Assembly: GCA_937885575.1 (NCBI GenBank)
Contig: CALABO010000014.1
Span: 20,726-84,725, forward strand
DNA length: 64,000 nt
Direction: 5' to 3'
Origin: an uncultured Pseudomonadota bacterium
GTDB taxonomy: Bacteria; Pseudomonadota; Alphaproteobacteria; Rs-D84
The translations under genes were made by a program, and so were the position numbers. Position 1 is the stretch's first letter; every line of letters starts with the position of its first letter. Below are positions 34,047-43,005 of the stretch, piece after piece. The notes beneath the pieces were generated by a model. It ran no database searches, was not told where the DNA came from, and saw only the letters and a program-made list of their open reading frames with translations.

Positions 34047-35132
34047 TTATTCCGTGTCAATCGCCACGTCAAAGACCGTTTCGGCGCGCGCTGTATCCAA
34101 TGGGTGCGATTGGAACGGTACGGTTTCAAAATCAATTGTGTTCATGTCGATACGACGAATTGTGCGGTTATACATTGTGTGATAGTAAATTTTCCGATTC
34201 GTAATATCGGTTGCGATTGTCCACTGGGTTGCGGACGGCATGTCGAAAGTTCCCGACTTTGCCGCCTGGGTCGTGCCGAACGGAACATCAAAGTTGTTAA
34301 GGATATGAAACGCCTGTTTAATCGTGGCGGCCGCATCGGGTTGCGTTATTGAATAATTCTTGAAAAACGATGCGCGGACAAAGCGTGACGGCGATGAAAA
34401 GTCCCCGGGCAGGCCCAACAAGCCCGTTCCATGACTTAACGATTGCAATTTAATTGGCCCAAATACCGTCGGCGCGATTGTGCCAGATTGCAAATTGATA
34501 TAGTTATCAAGATTCGTTAAATGCCATGTGAATTCTGGCGAATTTGCGATTGTGCCCAATGGGTTTTCATAAAATGTTGGTATGCCATCGATAATTTCCA
34601 TGACGACCACGCGCCCAGATGCTTCGGCGATGCGCCAATGAACGGTTGATGCGGTGGGGTCAATGTTTACGACGTTTACGGTGTCGATTGCGGATTTTAC
34701 TTCGTCAATGCTTGAAAACGACGACAGTATCCATGATACAACCTGAAAATCCGCAAGTGTGTTGGCGTTATCGGCCGATGAATACGGCACATATTTGCCA
34801 TAGTCCGGAAAATAGAATAGGGCGGCGGAAAGTCCGGCCTCGTTCGTGCCGTCAACGATGAATTCGGGCCTTTGCATGCCAAGGCCGACAAAGCCGTATT
34901 TAGATGTGAATTTCATACCATCCTTTGACCCGTCGGGCAGTAATGATTGTTCAGTGTGGTCCCGCGGACTGATGACGTACAGGTTATCCATTTCTGAACC
35001 CGACCAATCGACGGTGCGCGCAAGGACGAAAGATTTGTCCGCCGCGGTTAGTGTGATGCCGGTGCATGCGGTTGCACTTTGTACGGCTGCGATTGCGATG
35101 GCAAGAATAGAAATTGTGATTTTTGTTTGCAT
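34047..35132 (-). CDS. choloylglycine hydrolase / linear amide C-N hydrolase family (Ntn, Cys nucleophile), secreted
   Basis: ATG at 35132 gives MQTKITISILAIAIAAVQSATA|CTGITLTAADKSFVLARTVDW. RBS AGAGGAAC. The longer ORF-track start at 35393 would run antisense through tRNA-Gln. Confidence 0.8.
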   Translation of the reverse strand: MQTKITISILAIAIAAVQSATACTGITLTAADKSFVLARTVDWSGSEMDNLYVISPRDHTEQSLLPDGSKDGMKFTSKYGFVGLGMQRPEFIVDGTNEAGLSAALFYFPDYGKYVPYSSADNANTLADFQVVSWILSSFSSIDEVKSAIDTVNVVNIDPTASTVHWRIAEASGRVVVMEIIDGIPTFYENPLGTIANSPEFTWHLTNLDNYINLQSGTIAPTVFGPIKLQSLSHGTGLLGLPGDFSSPSRFVRASFFKNYSITQPDAAATIKQAFHILNNFDVPFGTTQAAKSGTFDMPSATQWTIATDITNRKIYYHTMYNRTIRRIDMNTIDFETVPFQSHPLDTARAETVFDVAIDTE

Positions 35133-35261
35133 GTTGGTTCCTCTTGGTTTGTTGTTGTAATTATATTGATTTGGTGCGATCACGACCACAGGAACGAATT
35201 CGGCACGCGCGTGAAAAATTATTTGCAAAACGGAATAGGGCGGTATATAATTCGCTGGCCT

Positions 35262-35335
35262 TGGGGCATAGTTTAATGGTAGAACATCGGACTCTGACTC
35301 CGCTAGTATTGGTTCGAATCCAGTTGCCCCAACCA
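35262..35335 (+). tRNA. tRNA-Gln (anticodon CUG)
   Basis: Hand-folded cloverleaf: acceptor TGGGGCA/TGCCCCA, D arm GTTT-AATGGTA-GAAC, anticodon loop CT-CTG-AC, T arm ATTGG-TTCGAAT-CCAGT, discriminator A, encoded CCA. Confidence 0.85.
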
Positions 35336-36092
35336 AGATGTGCAACCGTTTGATTTTTGAAGTAAATCGAACGGTTTTTTCAAGGAAATCCAAGCTTTTT
35401 TATCAACGATGGTCGAGTTCGAAAGTATCAATTTCAAAAGTGCCCGTTTTTGGTCTGTTTTCGAACTCCGTATTAGATTTCGAGTATTTGCAGCACACCG
35501 AGACAAGTTTACGGTTGATATTTTCTTTTTTTATGCTAGTTTTTGTATTGAGATGCCCGATGCTCTTAGTGTATTTGTGTAAAAAGGTAATAAAATGTGG
35601 AAATGGAAAGATACATACATCGTTAGTACGGATTGTTGGAGTCCGGCACGTGGCCCCGTGACAGAAAGAAATTGGGTAACCGTTATAATACAAAAAAATG
35701 ATCCAATACCATGGTTTTTGGGTGCCAAAATAAGCTACGCCTATGATGTGTCCTCGGTTTGGGAGGGTACTATAGGAGTGAGATACCAATTCCCAATAAA
35801 CATTGTAGGGGATGTTTTAAGAAAGTTGTTTATACAAAGACTAAAAAGATTGCAGGAGATGCAGTACAGAGTGGTTGCAAAGCAGGGAGGCGCTTCCAAA
35901 CTGCTTTGGACATACCCATTCCCATACTACCCCCAAAAAAGGCAAAAGTAGACATATAACAATTCAGCTCGCGAATTGCACAGATGGAATATGTGCGGTT
36001 CGTTTTTTTTCGGATAATATTCCTTTGGATAAATTTGTGTTTTGAAAAATATGTGGTAAAATTATATGCGTAGGAAAAAAAGGAGAGAAAAT

Positions 36093-38450
36093 ATGTTTAA
36101 AAAAATTTTGTTGGGTATTTCTGTTTTGCCAGCCCTGGCAATTATGCCAGTGATGGCGGATCAATTAACGTGGGCGCATCCCGATGATATAGAATCTTAT
36201 ACTGTTGTGGATGGCGATATAAATTATGTGCTGAACGGTGGGACATATAATGTTATCACCGGAACCGGGATGCGTAATACGGTCAATGGTAATGTAAATA
36301 TTACATTGAACGGTGTCACCCAGGTTGTGTCCGGGGACGAAACGAATGTGTACGGGATTTTATTCTTGCCCAGTACAAGTTCGCTTTTATCCTTGGCGGG
36401 TTTAACCGGCGAAGCGCCGACCGATGCGCAAAAAGAAATGCAAATGTATGTTGATGGTGATGTGAACCTTAATGTGTATAATTCGACGATTGGACAGAGT
36501 GTTGTTGGTGTGAACTTTTATGCGAACAACAGTGAATTGACCAATTCGGGGCTTTCGGGCAAGGTGACCGTTACTGTTGATAATTCGACGGTTGATTACA
36601 GTGTGCGCGGTGTGAATTATCGTGATATGGCAACCACGGTTGCGGCGGCGCATGTTGGCGATATAGAAATTAATGTAAATGATTCTTTGATAAAGGAAGA
36701 AATTGTGTCTGCCGGTGCGGGTGCGTCCGCGGGTAATGTTGTTATTAACGTTACTGGGGATACGGTGATTGGTTATACGAGTATGGATGCGACAATTCCA
36801 ACAACAAATCTTGATAAAGGTGGTTGGATTATCGCAGGTGCAAACCGTGCAACCGCAACTATTGCGAGTACAGAGATAAATTTGAATACAGCGGGAACGA
36901 TAAATATCGCGGGCGATGTTAATGTCGGCAGTCGTGAAAGAAATGACGAGTATAATACGGATGAAGATAGTGTCATAGGTGATGCAACATTGAATATGTT
37001 TGGTGGTGGAACGGTTAATGTTGGGCGCGATTTACGCGCATATCATGTTGGTGGCAAAACGACACTGAATATTGGTGATATCGTTGCGAATATCGGTGGT
37101 AATGTTGCAAACGAATTCCAAGAAATCAATATGTCTGGAAATGCCGTGTTGAACATTGACGGAACTTTATCTATGCAATCGACGGGCGTGTTGAATATGA
37201 CGTTGTTGAATACCGATAATTACAGTCAAATAAATGCGGGTGCCATTGATGCAAACGGTGCGACTTTGAACTTTACGGTGGCAAGTGCCGGCGAATATCA
37301 ACTTTTTGATACGGTCGATGATTTTACATGGAATCTTGATAATTCGCTGTTTGTTTTGACGCAAGGTGATGACGGGGTGCTTATTGCGGTTGGAAAGTCC
37401 GCCGAAGATATTGCGGCCGATAACGGTTTGACAGGTGATGCGGCAAACACTGTGTCCGCGTTGATGAATTCTTCGTCCGATGCTTTGGATAGTTTGGTTT
37501 TCGCAATCCAAGATTCTTTGGCAAACGGTGATACCGATGCGGTGGAACAGACACATAAAGCCATTCATCCGGAAACAGAATCCGTTGTGCAATCGGTTAG
37601 CACATCGGTTCAAAATGCCATTGCAAATTTGGCGGCCGGTCGTATGTCGGGGTTGATGGGGCGCAGTGGTGGTGCCGCGCCGGCGCACAATGGTGTTTGG
37701 GTCGAAGGTATGTATAACAAATCGAAACAAAACGATGCGTTCAATGGATATACCCGTGGAATTGTTGCCGGTGTTGATACGCAAATCGCGCGCGGTTTAA
37801 TGTTGGGGGTCGGGTATTCGTATGCGCATTCGGATATTTCTGCGACCGTGCGTAATACCGAAATCGACAGCAATACAATCTTTGTATATGGTCAGTATAA
37901 ACCGGCAGCGTGGTATGTGAATGCGATGGCGAATTATACCATGTCTGATTACAGTGAAAAATCCGATGTTGTCGCGGTAAGTTCGGACTTTGATGTCAAT
38001 GCGTTCGGTGGTGCCGTTATGACGGGGTATGATTTCGCCGGCGGAATCACACCAGAACTCGGGTTGCGCTATATGCACATCAGTGCAGATGAATATAAAA
38101 ATTCGTTGGGGATAAAGAGCAAGTTGGGCGATTCTGATTACCTGACCGCGGTGTTGGGAACGAAATACGCGTTCGATTATCGCGTTGCGCGCGGGTTCAC
38201 ATTGCGCCCAGAATTGCGCTATGCCGTGAAGTGGGATATTGTGTCGGATAAAAGTGTTGCAACGATTACCATGCCGGGCGTGAATTCGTATGTGCTGGAC
38301 GGGAATCGTCTGTCGCGCATCGGTGCGGAATTTGGTGCGGGGCTTGCCATGAGATACGATGGGTTTAGTCTTGCGTTGAACTATGATATCGAAGTGCGTG
38401 AAGATTACACATCGCAAACAGGTCGTGTCCGCGCAAGGTTGGTGTTTTAG
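36093..38450 (+). CDS. autotransporter outer-membrane protein (passenger + beta-barrel)
   Basis: ATG at 36093 follows AGGAG and gives the signal peptide MFKKILLGISVLPALAIMPVMA. The C-terminal domain GVWVEGMYNKSKQNDAFNGYTRGIVAGVDT...RVRARLVF ends in an aromatic residue. Confidence 0.85.
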   Translation: MFKKILLGISVLPALAIMPVMADQLTWAHPDDIESYTVVDGDINYVLNGGTYNVITGTGMRNTVNGNVNITLNGVTQVVSGDETNVYGILFLPSTSSLLSLAGLTGEAPTDAQKEMQMYVDGDVNLNVYNSTIGQSVVGVNFYANNSELTNSGLSGKVTVTVDNSTVDYSVRGVNYRDMATTVAAAHVGDIEINVNDSLIKEEIVSAGAGASAGNVVINVTGDTVIGYTSMDATIPTTNLDKGGWIIAGANRATATIASTEINLNTAGTINIAGDVNVGSRERNDEYNTDEDSVIGDATLNMFGGGTVNVGRDLRAYHVGGKTTLNIGDIVANIGGNVANEFQEINMSGNAVLNIDGTLSMQSTGVLNMTLLNTDNYSQINAGAIDANGATLNFTVASAGEYQLFDTVDDFTWNLDNSLFVLTQGDDGVLIAVGKSAEDIAADNGLTGDAANTVSALMNSSSDALDSLVFAIQDSLANGDTDAVEQTHKAIHPETESVVQSVSTSVQNAIANLAAGRMSGLMGRSGGAAPAHNGVWVEGMYNKSKQNDAFNGYTRGIVAGVDTQIARGLMLGVGYSYAHSDISATVRNTEIDSNTIFVYGQYKPAAWYVNAMANYTMSDYSEKSDVVAVSSDFDVNAFGGAVMTGYDFAGGITPELGLRYMHISADEYKNSLGIKSKLGDSDYLTAVLGTKYAFDYRVARGFTLRPELRYAVKWDIVSDKSVATITMPGVNSYVLDGNRLSRIGAEFGAGLAMRYDGFSLALNYDIEVREDYTSQTGRVRARLVF

Positions 38451-38500
38451 TAGTGTTAGCCCGTCACGACCGCGGCGGGTGATGAGTGTTAGTGATAGTG
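38451..38500 (+). repeat. (T/A)AGTG arrays abutting the stop codon, with an internal GC hairpin
   Basis: tagtgttag ... gatgagtgttagtgatagtg. Confidence 0.7.
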
Positions 38501-38527
38501 AAACCGTCGGAAATTCCGGCGGTTTTT
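38501..38527 (+). terminator. rho-independent terminator
   Basis: ACCGTCGG-aaatt-CCGGCGGT followed by TTTTT. Confidence 0.7.
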
Positions 38528-38634
38528 AGTTTGCTTTTTGATTGGTGACTTTCCTGTTTTTTTATTTGTATAAAAATGGAGTTGATTTTTACAAAAAAGT
38601 GATTTAGTATTGCTACAAAAAAGAGGAAAGTATT

Positions 38635-41130
38635 ATGTATAAATCAAATCATATTTTGTTTGTTTCGTTATTGTTGGCTTTGGTGGCGGCGCCGTTGATG
38701 GCGGGCGATATGCCAGGGGTTCAGGTAATCGGTGAAGGTGAATCGATAACCTTTTCAGATGTTATTGCAAATTCATTCAATACCGAAGGTGGCGTGATCC
38801 TTAATGCCGGAACGGTTATCATAAATGGAACTTCACAGTTTAATAATAATACCGGGACCACATTGGGTGGTGTGATATCAAACAAGGCAACGGGGGCATT
38901 GCAAATCGGGAATGTAGAGTTTGGTGGAAATGTTGGATACAATGGTGCGGTTTTGTATAACTTGGGAACTGCGCAGTTTTTGGGAACTGCGCTTTTTGCT
39001 AATAATACGGCGCAAAATTTGGGTGGTGCGATATTTAATGAAGGGAATGTAGTGTTTAATGGTTTGGCGACTTTTACTGGAAACAAAAGTTTGAACGGTG
39101 GTAATGTAATTCAAAATGAATCAACGGGCGTGATAAATTTTAATGCTGGTCTAATTTCTTATGATAATACTTCGGCGGATGATTATGTTGTCACATATGG
39201 TATCAATAACGGTGGAACAATGACGGTCATCGGTGGTGATGTGAAAATTTACGGCAATACGGCCTATGCCGGGGCCGGGGTTTCGAATTTTGGAACTTTG
39301 TTGCTGGGTGCGTTTTTTGATGACGATGGTAATGTTGTGTCGGCGCCATTGGACAATATCACATTTCAAAATAATACGGCCACAGATGGTGACGGCGGCG
39401 CGATGTATATTGCGGCGACCGATGCATCTGATGCGGTGTCCACGATTCTAAATGGAACAACAACATTTTCTTTGAATCATGCGGCATCAAATGGTGGTGC
39501 CATTAGTAATTATGTTGATGCGGGGCAATCAGAATTGATATTTAACGGTGATGTCGCGTTCAGGGGAAATTCTGCGGATGATTTGGGTGGCGCAATTTAT
39601 AATATCGGCGGTGGCAATGGTGTGATTACATTTAATGGCGATGTGGTGTTTTCGGGCAATACTGATGGCATGGGTGCGAACGATATCTACAACGATGGTG
39701 TAATCAATTTTAATGGCAATGTAAAAATGGATGGTGGAATAACAGGGGGGGGGACTTTGGTTTTATCCAGTGGTAATGTTTTGGATATTCAAAATTCGAC
39801 TCTTACCCAAGGCATGGTTATAATGAACGGTGGAACAATTGTTGCAAACATTTCCAATGTTGATGATGACTATCGCATAAATGTTGGAACGTTTAGTGGT
39901 GATGGAACAATTGCATTAACATTGGGTGGTGAAGGAATATATAAAATATTTGGCAATTCTGTATTTGGTAATACGGTGTTCGAAGGGGATATAACTTTTA
40001 ACAGCCCGATTTATAATCTGTCTTGGGTTGATAATAATCATTCAGTTGTTGCAAAGCGTAAAACCGCGCAACAGATTGCCGATGATAATGGTGTGTCTGG
40101 TGATGCGGCGCATACGGTGTTGAACCTTATGGATTCTTCATCAGAAAGGTTAAAGGATTTAAGTTTGGTGTTTCAAAATGAATTAGCATTGGGGCATTTG
40201 AAACCAATAGAAAAGGCGACGATTGCACTGCGTTCAGATGCAAATGGATTGTTGCAATCGGTTAACACATCGGTGCAAACCGCCGTCGCGAAATTGGCCG
40301 CGGGTCGTATGGCACTGTTGCAACAATCAATCGGACGCAGTGGCGGGGATGTGCCGACGCGCAGTGGTGTATGGGCCGAAGGTGTATATAATAAATCGAA
40401 ACAAAATGATTCTTTTAATGGATATACGCGTGGTATTGCCATGGGGATAGATACAAAACTTTCGCGTGTGTTCATGTTGGGTGCGGGATTTTCATACGCG
40501 CATTCCAATATCGCGGCGATTGCGCATGACACCGAAGTAGATAGCAATACGATCTTTGTTTATGGTCAATATAAACCAACGGCATGGTATATGAACGCGA
40601 TGTTGAATTACACAATGTCTGATTATACCGAAGGGGCCGATGTGTTCGGAACTTTGGTTGAATCAGATTATGATGTTAATTCGTTTGGTGCGCGTATTAT
40701 GACGGGGTATGATTTTGCAAGTGGTGTAACCCCAGAAATTGGTTTGCGCTATATGCATATCAGTGCTGATGAATATAAAAATTCGTTGGGGATAAAAAAT
40801 AAGATTAATGATGCTAATTATCTGACCGCGGTTTTGGGAACCAAGTATGCGTTCGATTATCGTGTTGCGCGCGGATTCACATTGCGCCCAGAATTTCGCT
40901 GTGGTGTGAAATATGACATGATTTCCGATAAACAGATTGCAATTGTTACAATACCGGGCATAGATTCGTATGCAATTGATGGAAGCCGTCTGTCGCGCAT
41001 CGGTGCGGAGTTCGGTGGCGGACTGGTGATGAAATACGGCGATTTGAGTTTAGCATTGAACTATGATATCGAAGTGCGCGAAGGTTATACTTCACAGACC
41101 GGTCGTGTCCGCGCAAGGTTGGTGTTCTGA
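38635..41130 (+). CDS. autotransporter with polymorphic-membrane-protein (Pmp)-type GGA[IM]/FxxN repeats
   Basis: Signal peptide MYKSNHILFVSLLLALVAAPLMA. Repeats LGGAIFNEGNVVFNG..FTGN, GGAMYI, NGGAISNY and LGGAIYN..ITFNGDVVFSGN. The C-terminal barrel is a close paralog of the upstream gene and has the same last 11 residues, SQTGRVRARLVF. Confidence 0.85.
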   Translation: MYKSNHILFVSLLLALVAAPLMAGDMPGVQVIGEGESITFSDVIANSFNTEGGVILNAGTVIINGTSQFNNNTGTTLGGVISNKATGALQIGNVEFGGNVGYNGAVLYNLGTAQFLGTALFANNTAQNLGGAIFNEGNVVFNGLATFTGNKSLNGGNVIQNESTGVINFNAGLISYDNTSADDYVVTYGINNGGTMTVIGGDVKIYGNTAYAGAGVSNFGTLLLGAFFDDDGNVVSAPLDNITFQNNTATDGDGGAMYIAATDASDAVSTILNGTTTFSLNHAASNGGAISNYVDAGQSELIFNGDVAFRGNSADDLGGAIYNIGGGNGVITFNGDVVFSGNTDGMGANDIYNDGVINFNGNVKMDGGITGGGTLVLSSGNVLDIQNSTLTQGMVIMNGGTIVANISNVDDDYRINVGTFSGDGTIALTLGGEGIYKIFGNSVFGNTVFEGDITFNSPIYNLSWVDNNHSVVAKRKTAQQIADDNGVSGDAAHTVLNLMDSSSERLKDLSLVFQNELALGHLKPIEKATIALRSDANGLLQSVNTSVQTAVAKLAAGRMALLQQSIGRSGGDVPTRSGVWAEGVYNKSKQNDSFNGYTRGIAMGIDTKLSRVFMLGAGFSYAHSNIAAIAHDTEVDSNTIFVYGQYKPTAWYMNAMLNYTMSDYTEGADVFGTLVESDYDVNSFGARIMTGYDFASGVTPEIGLRYMHISADEYKNSLGIKNKINDANYLTAVLGTKYAFDYRVARGFTLRPEFRCGVKYDMISDKQIAIVTIPGIDSYAIDGSRLSRIGAEFGGGLVMKYGDLSLALNYDIEVREGYTSQTGRVRARLVF

Positions 41131-41224
41131 TAGTGTTAGTGTAAGTGATAAGTGGTTAGTCGTCTCTGGAATCGGTTCATGATTGCAAAATTATACTAAC
41201 CACTTACACTGGCCACTTACACTA
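41131..41224. repeat. convergent inverted pair of (T/A)AGTG arrays forming a long hairpin between two converging genes
   Basis: The + array is 41131-41160 and the - array is 41185-41224. AAGTGGTTAGT pairs with ACTAACCACTT. The centre contains GTCGTCTCTGGAAT, which is also seen inverted at 49562-49576. Confidence 0.8.
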
Positions 41225-42325
41225 TTATGCCACTTTTCTGATTCCGGATTTTATGTTGCGGATGTATTTGCGCAATTCATCGATTGATATAAGTGTGCCG
41301 TCGCGCTTTTGTGCCGACCAATAGTCCCAGCCATTATAACTTTGGCAATGTTGAATGCGCGCCGCCATGACGTGGATTGATGCCTTGCCATATAAACTGT
41401 GCACCAGGTTACCGTCGTTCGCAATCATGACGCGTTCGCCACGCGGACTGACCAATGTTTGTCCGGCATAGAGCAATCCGCCGTCAATAAGTTCGCGGAA
41501 TGCAACACGGATTTCGTCACGTTTTGGTTTTGAAACTTCGATATCCGAAAGGTCAATGGGTGTAATGTGTGCAACGCGTTCGCGTGCGGCGGTGACATAT
41601 GATTCTTCGCGTTCGATGCCGATGAATTTTCGCCCAAGTTCACGCGCCGCGGCGGCCGTTGTGCCCGAACCCATAAATGGGTCCAATATTATGTCGCCCG
41701 GTTTTGTTGATGCCAAAATTACGCGGCGCAATAAATCCATTGGCTTTTGCGTGTTGTGCAAACTTTTGCCGTTTTCGTCTTTTAATCTTTCTTCGCCAAG
41801 ACAAATGTTCATGTCCCAATCAGAACGCATTTGCTTGCCGCCGTTTAATTTCTTCATTGTTTCATAATTGAAAGTGTATTTGCCGGTCTTGGTTGGCGTT
41901 GCCCAAATCAATGTTTCATGTGCGTTCGTAAATCGTGTGCCGCGAAAGTTCGGCATGGGATTTGTTTTGACCCATACGACATCGTTCAAAATCCAAAAGC
42001 CCAATTCTTGCATAATTGCGCCGACCTGGAAAATATTATGGTACGAACCGATTGTCCACATTGCGCCGGTCGGACGCAGGACGCGCCGGCACTCCGCCAT
42101 CCATGCGCGTGTGAATTTATTGTATTGTTCGGGCGATTCAAACGCGTCCCAGTTGTCACGCACAGCGCGCGCGGCCGTTTGATCTTCGGGGCGATAAAGT
42201 GTTTTTTGCCCAAGTTGTAAATTATATGGCGGGTCCGCAAATACCGCATCAACCGAAGCGTCTGGAATTTCGCGCATAATTTCCACGCAATCACCAATCA
42301 AAATTTGATTAAGGTATTTGTTCAT
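41225..42325 (-). CDS. ccrM: CcrM-type N6-adenine DNA methyltransferase (GANTC class, beta group)
   Basis: ILIGDCVEIMREIPDASVDAVFADPPYNL (DPPY) ... DPFMGSGTTAAAARELGRKFIGIE (FxGxG), plus the conserved C-terminal domain. Length 366 aa is typical of CcrM. Confidence 0.85.
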   Translation of the reverse strand: MNKYLNQILIGDCVEIMREIPDASVDAVFADPPYNLQLGQKTLYRPEDQTAARAVRDNWDAFESPEQYNKFTRAWMAECRRVLRPTGAMWTIGSYHNIFQVGAIMQELGFWILNDVVWVKTNPMPNFRGTRFTNAHETLIWATPTKTGKYTFNYETMKKLNGGKQMRSDWDMNICLGEERLKDENGKSLHNTQKPMDLLRRVILASTKPGDIILDPFMGSGTTAAAARELGRKFIGIEREESYVTAARERVAHITPIDLSDIEVSKPKRDEIRVAFRELIDGGLLYAGQTLVSPRGERVMIANDGNLVHSLYGKASIHVMAARIQHCQSYNGWDYWSAQKRDGTLISIDELRKYIRNIKSGIRKVA

Positions 42326-42487
42326 TGAATCTCTCGTCCGTGACTAATTATACCATATTTTGGCGGTAAAAAATTTTGCCCGATTCGGTCGATATGCAAA
42401 AAAAGGTCTTGATTTTTATAAAAAATGCATTTTTTTCGAAATAAAATTTGCTTTACACAATCGCAACAGATTGCTACATTATGCGGT

Positions 42488-42988
42488 ATGAGATGTCCAT
42501 ATTGTAATTATTCAGATAGCCGTGTGGCTGATTCCCGGCCGGATATGGAAAGCGGAACAATTCGTCGCCGCCGTGTGTGTAATCAGTGCGGTGCGAAATT
42601 TTCGACGGTTGAACGTGTGCAGATGCGCGACTTGGTCGTGAAAAAAAATAGTGGTAAAACCGAACCGTTCGATAGGGATAAATTGCGCCGCAGTATAAAA
42701 CTGGCCTGTCATAATCGTGATGTCGGGGACGAGCAGATTGAACGCCTGGTCGCGTCGATTCAGCGGCGCTTGGAAACCGAAATGGCCGATGATATGGTGA
42801 CAAGTAGCCAAATCGGTGAAATGGTTTCGGATTCGCTGCTAAACCTTGACCCGATTGCGTTTGTGCGCTTTGTGTCCGTGTATCGCAAGTTCTCTAAAAT
42901 ATCGGACTTTAAGAAAATCATTGATACTATACCAGAGGTGACCGACGAAACAATCGTTTGCAAATTGCCAAAGACAACGTTGTTTTGA
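42488..42988 (+). CDS. nrdR: transcriptional repressor NrdR
   Basis: MRCPYCNYSDSRVADSRPD...RRRRVCNQCGAKFSTVE zinc ribbon plus an ATP-cone. ATG at 42488 is preferred to the longer ORF-track start. Confidence 0.9.
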   Translation: MRCPYCNYSDSRVADSRPDMESGTIRRRRVCNQCGAKFSTVERVQMRDLVVKKNSGKTEPFDRDKLRRSIKLACHNRDVGDEQIERLVASIQRRLETEMADDMVTSSQIGEMVSDSLLNLDPIAFVRFVSVYRKFSKISDFKKIIDTIPEVTDETIVCKLPKTTLF

Positions 42989-43005
42989 TGGCGGGGGGAT
43001 TTTTC

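Noticed and set aside
34047-35393. The full 448-aa ORF-track call for the choloylglycine-hydrolase-like gene
   Set aside because: The first 87 codons run antisense through tRNA-Gln (35262-35335) and translate to the typical tRNA-shadow peptide (..VGATGFEPIL..). The internal ATG at 35132 has an RBS and yields a signal peptide ending just before the Cys nucleophile.
35403-35951. 128-aa (-) and 118-aa (+) ORFs downstream of tRNA-Gln as real genes
   Set aside because: They overlap each other on opposite strands, have poor start contexts, and belong to no recognisable family. Only a short OMP-like C-terminal strand motif is present, and it is not followed by a stop.
42327-42386. Two GANTC sites (GAATC at 42327, GATTC at 42382) in the ccrM-nrdR intergenic region as evidence of CcrM autoregulation
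   Set aside because: GANTC is expected about once per 256 bp by chance, so two sites in about 160 bp is not significant without genome-wide statistics.
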